The notes below the pieces were generated by a model that was not told where the DNA came from, did not search any database, and worked only from the letters and a program-made list of their open reading frames with translations. DNA of 64,000 bases, taken from positions 4,154,001 through 4,218,000 of the forward strand of contig NC_043009.1 of the NCBI RefSeq assembly GCF_006345805.1, given 5' to 3'. The DNA comes from Octopus sinensis. Taxonomy: Eukaryota. Numbering within the stretch: the stretch's first letter is position 1; every line of letters starts with the position of its first letter. This document shows, piece after piece, positions 53,756 to 64,000 of this stretch. The position numbers and the translations under genes are program-made.

Positions 53756-55608
53756 CCCTGTGGACCAGATGCTGGAGCATGTCTGTGAGTGACTTTGTAA
53801 CAAAGAGTTGAGTAGACGTTTTTTAGGTTATCTCTGTGAGAAGCGTAATTTTATAAAATCTTGGTGGATATCGGGCAAACTTGGCGAGATTTGAACTATG
53901 TAATAAAAGGAGAACGGTAAAGAACCAGAACATCCACAAGCCTTATGCTATAACGATTCTGCCATTTATTTGTTCGCTTCTCTGTCTTTTTCTTTTTCAC
54001 GACTCCTTTTGATCTGAATCCCCCCCTTTTTTTTTCACTATCCCTTTTGATCGGAATTCGCCCCACCTTTGTTCCCCTTCTCTTCGTCCCAGAAAGAAAA
54101 GCTCTACGTTGTATTTTATCCTTTCTGTGTTTAGCCCTATCTATCTATCTATCGCTCTAATAATAGTATTGATTTTTTTAAATATTGTGATGAAGTCCTC
54201 AAAATTTAGGGATATGTAGAGCCGATTAAATCGTTCCCAATACAAGCAATTACTTACTTTATTAGTATCAGACAAATAATTTTATCTATTTATGATCATA
54301 CTGTGATTTGCACCAGAACTATGCGGCAAAAAAAAGGATCTGTAATTAAATACAACATTGACTCACATTTAGTCAAACGATTTTACATTTACCGAAGCTG
54401 CTATTGCTATAGCAACATATACTAATGCTGCTGCCGCCGCCGCTGCTGCTGCTTTCTTTACGAGGCAGTTTCCAGACATTGGGTGGCCATCTCCTAAAAT
54501 GGCAGTAGCTTTCTATGTGTGTATGTGCTATGTATGAAAGCCTTTGTGTATGATCGTGTTTATGAATACACTCACATACACACGTATACATGTATGCTAT
54601 TGTGTGTTTTGTATTTTTATGCCAAAACATATAAACATATACGAACGTAGGGGTATGTTTTGGCGTGAGTTTGACAAATATTTGAAAACCCCCAAATACA
54701 TAGCCGAGTGTTATGTCTAAAACCATGTGTCAAGTTTGTTTATTTATTATTTTTTGCTGACGTAAGAAAGAAATACTCTTGGAGCTGCTATTCTTAATTT
54801 TGTTGTTATGTGTGTGCATGCCCGTGTATATGTACGTATGGCTGCGTTTGCGCGGATTTATGTGTATAAGTGAAATTCTATAAATATGTGTGTGTGTTGT
54901 GGCACTTTAAAATGAAGAATGTAAACGGTAAGATGAATCACACTAGCAACATGACATTTTATACAAAAACCGTTTCTGAAGTAGGAACAGGGCCAGGAAT
55001 GTAGTATAGGGTACTTGCCGATTATATCAACTCACAGTATTGGAATAGTAATTTATTTTATCAATACGAAAATCAAAATCAATGCTGACTACTCTGCGAT
55101 TTGAACTTAAAACGCCAAGATCCGAAGCAAACACCATTACTCTTTTATTCCAGTCGTTTCAAGTTTCCAGTGATCGACCGCAATCTGACTTTTCTGCGCA
55201 TGCAGGAAGTTTCAAGAAAACTTTAGAGTATTGGAAAGAATTATTTGCAGCATTGACCCGAAATGTCTTTATTCTGAATTCAAATCTTGTAGAAATTAAC
55301 TTTGCGAAGTAACCTTCCCGGGTCCATAAATGATATGTAGTCAACCACTTTACCTATCAGTCTGCCAAGCTATTTCCCCAGTTTCTCTGTACATTTTTTC
55401 GGAATTGCGCTGTGGAGAGTGATAGGCGGTCGCCCAAAGCGTCATTTTTTTTCGGTATTAGAGAACACTTGCGCAAGAGACTAAAACATCGCTTCTTATG
55501 ACAAGCCTGATATGCTTTTAGAACCGTCCAAAGACTGCTAAAGGAGCTGCTCAGCGCAAGCAGAAATAAAGTAGAATATATATGGATATAATAATTATGA
55601 CGAATACA

Positions 55609-55760
55609 CTTGGCACACGTGCCAAGATAATAGCACTTGCCTGCTAATTACATCACAATTGAAGTTTTTCTACCCACTATATAACAAAAGGTGTTGGGCT
55701 CGCGATCGTTAGGTGTTGGGGTCGTTTTTCGGCGCGAGCGGTTTGCCGCGATGTTGAGCA
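55609..55760 (+). promoter_or_regulatory. Possible Pol II promoter-like patch
   Basis: Hairpin cttggcac-ac-gtgccaag containing CACGTG (55609-55626), TATATAA at 55678-55684, CpG-rich downstream. Motif-level evidence only. Confidence 0.25.
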
Positions 55761-56665
55761 CTTTTTTTTTTTATCTCAGTGTGCAGCTCATCACACTCAA
55801 CTGGATTTGAGAGACTCTATCGCCTGGAGATTAACCCCGTTACGAGTTAGCGTCCCTTTGATGGTGGGATTATTTTACTCTCGGCCTAACCGCTTTGAAT
55901 ATGCAGTTATGTTCAAGCTCGAAGCAGATTTTATTTTCGATATGTGAGACGCTAACAAATGTGTACATCATTCTTATCATACTCTGGAAGTGTGTGGGAG
56001 AAAGAATTACTAGAGAGCCGGATAAAATGCCTTTCGGTTATGCATAACGCATTTTTATTCTGAGTTCAAATGCCACCAGATCCAGTTCGTCTTTGCCCGT
56101 CAGAGAAAATTGCGACTCGACTTAATAACTACACCCCTTCTCTTATGCTTAACGCTCTTTCCCAGTGTAAAAAAATTGCTATTAACCTTCGTAAAAGAGA
56201 TTGCAGGCGTTCAGATGTGAGAAACTGTATATGCCTATTTTAAATAACTATCGCGCTGTAACTGTTTTAAATTCCACTCACAATTTAAGGTCAAATTACA
56301 TTTCAAACAAATACTGTTGAAAAAGTATTATTTTTTTTTACAGTGATATATGAACACGTTTTCAAATGAAATTTAGTTGAAATAATGTTTTTGCATGATA
56401 CAACAGCGTGTCAAATATATACCATAATCAATATAAAACCAAAATATTTAAACCAAATATAAGTTTCTCATAAATCAGATTTCTGTCACTGCGTGAATGT
56501 GTGTGTGTGGAGGGGTGCTTGTATAAGTGTGTATATATATTATCTTTTAAATGTAAGCATGGTTATGAATATCGTATTTAGTATAAAGCATGGGGTGTAC
56601 TTCAGCTGACATTTTGAGTTTTTTGAGCAGAAAATGTATTTATAACATAAAACCTCCAATTGAAG

Positions 56666-56720
<55 letters not shown>

Positions 56721-57054
56721 GCTTGCAAATAAGTGTGTTAAAATGTGACGTTATTGACCGAGGTACCGTGGTCTTTCCCGTAGGCTTTTCTTTCCACGAA
56801 TAAACCTTTTCTATTTCTCCCTTTACACTATACACCAGGACATTTCTGTGATACACGATCCCTATTATTTATTACGATCCCTTTATTACGATCCCTTTTG
56901 ATCGAAAACCTACCCCCTTTTTTTCTTTTTTCTTCTTTTTTCTTTTTAACCCCCCCCCCCCAAAAAAAAAGAAAAGTTCTACTTTGTAATTTGTCCCCAC
57001 TGTGTTCAGCCCTGTGTGGCTAATAAAGAAACATATCTATCTATCTATCTATCA

Positions 57055-57101
<47 letters not shown>

Positions 57102-57161
57102 ATCTATCTATCTATCTATCTATCTATCTATATATATATATCTATATATATATATCTATAT

Positions 57162-57194
<33 letters not shown>

Positions 57195-57297
57195 CTATAT
57201 ATATATATATATATGGCTCTGTGTATTATGTATAAATATATAACACTAACATTCAATTGTTTCATATAATATCATATATGTTCTTCGGTATTGTTTA

Positions 57298-57335
57298 TAC
57301 TAATGTCCATATTTTCTTTCCTTTTTCAGGTAAGT
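57298..57335 (+). promoter_or_regulatory. Candidate recursive splice site (acceptor immediately followed by donor)
   Basis: TACTAAT branch-like motif (57298-57304), polypyrimidine tract ttttctttccttttt, CAG (57327-57329) directly followed by GTAAGT (57330-57335). Confidence 0.5.
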
Positions 57336-57865
57336 ACGTTGGTGAATTTATTCCTTTATTTGAAGATTATATCAGGTAGGGTATCTTACGGTTTCTATAC
57401 GTGGATGTGCACATATGTGTGTGTGGAGGGGGGGATAATCAAGCTATACTCGTAAATGGAAACAATTACTTTTGAATTTATTGATCTCAGATACTTTTGT
57501 GAATCGATTTACAAGTAGATTGATTCTATTCGCCACCGAGCAAATCGAAATCGTGTAAAACGAAGGACGCAGCTTTTTGAAATATCTATTTTTTGATAAT
57601 ATCTATTGAAGATACAAATAAAATTTAAGCAATGTTTATAAAAATAAGTATTATACATCTGCAGACATGTATCGTTAACAAACTCTCTTTGAAATCACGT
57701 GTTTTCGTGTTCAAATTCGTTGCACGAAGCGCTGGGCAAGTATGTCCTAGATTCGGGGGCGACCAATGCTGTGTGAATGAATTTACTAGTGTGAAATTGT
57801 GTACCACCCGTCGTTTGTGTATGTGAAGTGGGGGGGGGGGGCACAATCGCATGACAACAGCTGTT

Positions 57866-58127
57866 GGTTTATTCTTTTACTCGTTTCCACGTTTCAGTCA
57901 TTGGATTGCTGCCATGCTGGAGCACCGTCTTAAGGGGTTTCAGTCGAGGAAATCGATCCCAGGACACATTCTCTGTAATCTTAGTACGTATTCTGTCGGT
58001 CTCTTTTGCCGAACAGCTACGGGGACATAAACACATCACCATCGGTTGTGAAGCGATGGTGAAAGGGGGATAAACACAGACACAAAGACACACATGTAAA
58101 TATACATACAAACACACACACACACAC

Positions 58128-58167
<40 letters not shown>

Positions 58168-58330
58168 GGCGGGCTTCTTTCAGTTTCTGTCTATCGAATC
58201 CACTCACCAGGCTTTGGTCGGCCCAAGGTTATAGTATAAGACAGCTGCCCATGATGCTACGCAGTGGGACTAAACTCTGAACCATGTGGTTGGGAAGCAA
58301 GCTTCTTACCAGACAGCCACGTCAGCGCCT
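57866..58330 (-). mobile_element. SINE family B, full length
   Basis: Head, internal (CA)/(TA)n and tail all present. Confidence 0.88.
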
Positions 58331-58449
58331 GTTTACGTTTTCTAAACATAACCCCTCGGCAAAAACATATTTAAAGATAAGAACTAGGGCCGAATTGTTC
58401 GACATCAAACCTTCAAGGCGATGCCCCATCATGGCTACAATCCAGTGAC

Positions 58450-58867
58450 CAGCGCTGAATTAACTATTAAGCAAAATAAGCACGTGCTTAGGGCATCAAT
58501 GGAAGTAGGAAGGGGCACCACAGAAATGGTAAATTGTTACGGCACAAAAGAAATCAATTTAAACTTATAATATTCGGGATACCTTTATCTCTACTAAGTA
58601 TAGATGCAGATCTGTTACCTGAGATTAATTTTGAAGATTTGCTCAAAGACTTTGCAATTTAAAATATAGGAGGAAACTTTTCGAATGTAAGGTGGAAATA
58701 TACAAAAATAAACATTATTCTCCCTCTTACTGTTTTATTTCGTTTTAAAAAATGAATTTTATTTTATGGATTATTATTGTTTATATTTTTCAATTACATA
58801 ATCTTTTATGGGAGCACCAAAATCTTTTTAAGTGCTTAGGGCCTTGATGGGTCTTAATCCGGCCCTG
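58450..58867. mobile_element. hAT-like MITE inserted into a SINE tail
   Basis: Ends cagcgctgaattaa / ttaatccggccctg; 8-bp TSD ccagtgac (58442-58449) / ccagagac (58868-58875); removing it restores the tail atggctacaatccagtgactggaacaagtaaaaga. Confidence 0.8.
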
Positions 58868-60089
58868 CCAGAGACTGGAACAAGTAAAAGATAAATGATA
58901 TAACGATATACCCTACGTATATTTTAGCCTACATTTTAAAGAATAAAAAAACTTTAGTTACCAACGACCTGTTAAGAGACTTACGAAAAATTTAGTAGCG
59001 TTAATAATAACTTCAGAAAACTATTTATGCAGTAAATTATGGCGATACAGATCGCTGGTGGTGAGGGTGGTGGTGGTGGTGGTGAGGGTGGTGGTGGTGG
59101 TGGTGAGGGTGGTGGTGGTGGTGGTGAGGGTGGTGGTGGTGAGTGTTACTGCTGTTGATTAGTACCAGATCAACACTTGCAAGGCAGGCGTGTGATTTAA
59201 CGCATTACAGCCACGACCACCCCCTCTTGTTTTGAGCAGTACTGCACACATAGCTACTTTACCCAAACAATTATTCATAATACTGTAACGTGTGGTTTTA
59301 CGGAAATTTAGCTGCTATTGACAGCATGTCGAAATCTCAACATGCTGTTGCTAACATTTAGAACCTCCTGCAGTGATTCCTGTCAACACATGTTTGTTTA
59401 TATTGGAATTAAAAACACTGCAGCGGTGGTGGTGGTGATACTGTAGCTGCTGTTGTTGTTTAACCCTAGGACAGTTGTAATTGAGCAGGTCTATGAAGAA
59501 CACATTTCCAAGTTGATCACGGCAGAATTCGAACTCGAACCGGAAAGATTCGGAATAAATATTGCTGTGTATTTTGGGCAGCCCTGTAATGATACAGTAA
59601 AGAAGGGATCTTTAACGTGGTCACGTATTTTTTCATGATATTACAACCAGATCCGCCATTAGATGTACTTTTATGACTTGCTCTGTTCTGTAATTACCTC
59701 GACACAATTCTTTAGGTGCCTCCGACGACGACAAACAAATGGAAACTACTGTTTGTCTATTATTGTTATTTAGCTTCACATCTTCAGACTAGACTAGAAT
59801 AGACCAGTGTGGTAGAGACTGACATAGAAAAAGTATTTATTACATTAGAAATGGCGGTCAGATAATTTAAGATAACACTGATCTACTGAGTAAGATTATT
59901 CATCATTGAGGAGGTGTGCCATATACTTAGGTGTATAATTGAATTCGTAGAAAGATTCGCTGGACGCACACGCATACACACATGCACGCACGCACATTCT
60001 CCTGCGCTGCTTGCTGTTTGTCACACACACCTTTGTATGTTTTACGGTATATTTTATTTTAATGGTTGTGTCTATTATTATTATTATTA

Positions 60090-60141
<52 letters not shown>

Positions 60142-60913
60142 CAGTAGTAGTAGTAGTAGTAGGTCTTTTATTCGTATTTTCTCTTTTGAAACCTTACGGC
60201 ACGTACTGACCCGCTTGAAAATGAATAGATCACCAACTTGGCTTAGTGGCGTTTTACAACCCGAATGATCCTTCTGAAAACAAACAATTTCTAAGAGAGA
60301 AAGAAACATACGAAGAAAATAAAATAAAAGAGAGAGAGAGAGAGAAAGAAAGAATGTTTTTGAATGAAGGTTAGAGAATATAGTTGTAGTTCGGTGGGAT
60401 GGGCTAAAATAACTGAACAGAGTATGATAGGAATAACAAATAGAGAAGAAGTTATAGACAGACTGTGGAATTGATAGCTGATCAAATAATGGCGTTTACA
60501 GAAAGCAATCAGGATTCAACTCCAGCTGTAACTACAATAGACCATAGACAATCAACCTACACTCAGGCACGCACCTCCTCATTCTCTCACTCTCTCTCTC
60601 TCTGTCTCTCTCTCACACACACACATACTCTCACAAACGCACGCACACTCACTTATATGTAACGCAAATACAAACACTCACAAGGGTGAGCCAGTCAGGG
60701 AGCCAAAGCATAGCTGTTTTATCAGCTAGAAAGAGTAGGGAAATGCTCTTTAACACGTGTTTTTTAAAACATGTGACAGTCTTTAAAACAGGTTGAGAAG
60801 TAAAAACCGGGAAGGCTGCAGATGAAATAGCTTTCATCTTAGGTCTGCTCAATGAAGGCCTCTGTGAACTAAATAATTACCACCAACAAAAGCACCTCTC
60901 TCTCTCTCTGTAT

Positions 60914-60951
<38 letters not shown>

Positions 60952-61019
60952 GTACATAAATACATACATACTCACGTACAGGTGCACACGTCAGCCTCAT
61001 GTTTCTATAGATGTCTTAT

Positions 61020-61900
61020 AGAGGTCAATATTTGATGTGGGCGATTTCTATTGGGTTAAAAGTGAGAATGAGTCTTTCATGTCTCCATAGAAAACTATGA
61101 AGGTGTTGAAAAGAGCGATCTCGCGGGATTGTTTCATCCTTAATATCTTCAGATTGTATACCACCTGTTGCTGTGAGTCATATAGAGATGACGGCTTAGC
61201 AATTTCATGCAATGTAAGCAGGCACTCTATGGGCGTATTTAGAAACACTTTGATATTTAAGTTTGATTTTAAACATAACAATCATCACTAAACTAATAAT
61301 AGCAAACGTTTTAGATATAGTACAAGGTTTGTATCTGCTTCGTAGATATAACACTAGCCCAAGAGAAAGCCAAACGAGGAAATTATGTACGTGAACATAA
61401 TTTTTACTACTGCTTCGGGTTTACTTGCTAATGCTACAGGTAGAATAAGTATCAAAGCTTCAGAAAGGCTCTAGGATACACTGAGAGCATTCACTTCATA
61501 CCAGAAGAGAGCCTGCAAGCTGCATGTAATCTGATTTAACTTATCATATAACTCAGACGATAGCAGTAATATATACGCGTTATTTACAAGATTTAGTTCA
61601 CAAGACACTCCACCGAAAAATAAATTCAATAGGATTTTCAACACTCATAACGTTAAGATCAGCTATTCCTTTCCTTACAACATTGATTTCCTGATCATAT
61701 ACTACAGCTAAAGACAAACATACACATCTTCCATATCAAGAGACATCCTGCATTTGTCTAAATCCCTCTACCTACAGAATCAGAAGATATTACTGAGATG
61801 TTGCACATATTTAACATTCGTAGACAATATGTACACAGGAGTCACCGTAAGCAACGAAAACTCTCCATTACTACCCTAATTCATCTGGAAATTAAATGAC
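61020..61900 (+). pseudogene. Decayed Penelope-like element: reverse transcriptase followed by GIY-YIG endonuclease
   Basis: Across frameshifts: WVKS, VSIENYEGVEKSDLAGL, YRDDGLAI (from 61181), ITIITKLIIANVLDI, KPNEEIMYVN (from 61367), NRIFNTHNVKISYS (~61628-61669), YTGVT (from 61832). All are in the order expected for a PLE ORF. Confidence 0.8.
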
Positions 61901-62112
61901 TAAGAATCTAAATTCACTTTAAATTCATATCGTGTCTCTTAGCATTCCAGCCATAGCCCGTTTTATTCTCACACAGAGTGCTTCAATAAAACGTGCTTTA
62001 TGATTGGAAGAGTAGATTTGTCTGTTATTTCTAGCAGTGCAAGCAAGAATTTACAGGCATTGGTTATACTTTTCTTTATAGTTATATATATATATATATA
62101 TATTATATATAT

Positions 62113-62143
<31 letters not shown>

Positions 62144-62782
62144 ATATATATATTATATATATATGTATATGTGTGTGTGTGTGTGTTTTTATATGCTAAT
62201 ATTAAACCTGAGGTTGTGTCTCGATTTAATTGATGTTGGGTGATATTTCAAAATTAACTAATTTAACCACTATTAACCCCGGAGCTAATAAAGTGCCAGA
62301 AATTGTATACACTTTCACTGTTATACTGTCATTGTGACCAAAATTTTGGTTTCTGGCAATTTAAATAGTCTTGGACTCTGTCTACAAACTAACTTACCGC
62401 TGTATAATAAGATTTACCAATCAGACAGGAGTAATACTTTCATACACAAACACACATATAGAGATATATGTAAAAATAGATACGCATATATATGCATATG
62501 TGTGTATGTATGTATTTATAATTTCTGCCTAAAGTTACGCAGAGCTGTATGTAATTGGGGAGAAAGAAAGACTAATTTTATGTGAGGGAGCGTAAGTATA
62601 TAACGGCACTATATTTACGCCTCTATTCCTGAGTGTTTGGTTGTCGTGTGTGTGTGTGTGTTTGTGTGCTTGTGTGTGTGGTGTGTGTGTGTGCGTGTGT
62701 GTGCGTGTGTGTATGCACGCACACATCAGTTTATAGATGAGTGTACGGCACATATAGATGATCGTTTGTACGTCTGTGTGTG

Positions 62783-62816
<34 letters not shown>

Positions 62817-64000
62817 TACACATACAGAATGTTTGCGAATGTGCACGCGTGTGTGTGTGCGTATGCGTGTGTCTTGCAGCAATCAGCGGCAGCAGGTATA
62901 TTCCCCTAAAATTTGGCCACCATATTTGGTTGTTATGTTCGTTGACCAGCAATCAGGCGTTCAAGTGGAACGAATGTGTTGCCAAAATGTTACAAGCGAC
63001 GAATGCTGGCCAACTTGGCTGACACGGTTGATTTGGCAGAGCGATCAAAAAGTAAACTATTAGTGTTTCAATCGCAATGTGTTGCACAGAGAATATCAGG
63101 ATGATGTTGATGATGATGGTTGTTGTTGCGGTGGCGGTTAAGTCGATGGTCGTGTTGTTTATGATGTCGGTAATGATACTGTTCATGAGGATGATGATGA
63201 TGATGACAGTAGTCTTCTTGTTAATAATGATTATGGTGATATATTTTATGATAATCATGCTGGAAGTGGTGATGATGTGTGTTACGATGAGGATATGTTG
63301 ACGATGAGGAAAAGGAGGATTGATGTAAAATTGGTCATTGATTACAAATGAAAGGATGAAATGTTGCAATAATTATTTTCCACACGCTTCATGTGGAGGT
63401 GAATAATCAGTTATACCGACTCCTGTATATCACTGGTTCTTGATTTATCTACACCGGATGGATTAAATGCTATATCGAGCTCGTTAGAACATAAGCATAC
63501 ATCGCAAGGAGTCTTGGAGACCGCATTAAAAACTCAGATCGCAAATTAGTCTTGCATGCCACATTAGCATCAAGAAGAGGATCATAATGTGGCTTACTCC
63601 ATCTTGAATGTTAATGCAAACATACCCGGAAACCTTCTAGCTCTAGTAAGGCAACACTTCCCTCCGACACAAGTGTAATAAGCTGTTCAACGCTCATAGC
63701 ATAAAGGTTAGCTATTACAGTCTGGACAAATTTGCTTTCCAAATCACACACTACAAACAAAAATGCAAACTTACACCGCTCCCAACTCTAAATGCATCTT
63801 ACTACTGTCTAATATAGAGTGATACTATTTCTCTATCTGTAAATTACAATAATTATATAAATTATTATTGGTTTTTAGTTTTTTTTACGGTATCTCAGTC
63901 AGCGAGACAGAGACACCACAGGAGAATCGCACAAACAATGGAGGAAAAGTAAAGCCAAAGTATAGGGAAGAGAAAGTCAGAGTGTGTGGAAAGGTAGATT

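Noticed and set aside
59055-59145. (GGT)n/GAGGGT repeat with G-quadruplex potential, superficially an array
   Set aside because: Ordinary trinucleotide microsatellite variant with no spacers; not CRISPR-like.

Overview
AT-rich eukaryotic non-coding DNA, saturated with microsatellites and tRNA-derived SINEs. The SINE types and repeat landscape look like an octopus (cephalopod) genome; this is inferred from pattern recognition, not a database search. I found no intact protein-coding gene: the ORF-track entries I checked are microsatellite read-through, chance ORFs or transposon relics. The most notable feature is at 2989-4160. It is a (TA)n-flanked array of ~359-360-bp tandem units, each carrying a minimal type I hammerhead ribozyme fold on the minus strand with a compensated U3-A8 core (UUGAAAA instead of CUGANGA). 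The array ends in a ~255-bp-arm palindrome whose junction lies inside the ribozyme. This architecture matches non-LTR retrozymes / Penelope-like pseudo-LTRs and predicts a ~359-nt self-cleaved, possibly circular RNA. The window also holds further hammerhead-like motifs in short (TA)n-bounded repeats (31378, 48048), a decayed Penelope-like RT + GIY-YIG ORF (61020-61900), DD37D and mariner transposase relics, three MITEs with 8-bp TSDs, a 149-bp near-perfect inverted repeat, two tandem duplications and a candidate recursive splice site (57329/57330). Ribozyme activity and all family assignments are untested. SINE boundaries are approximate.
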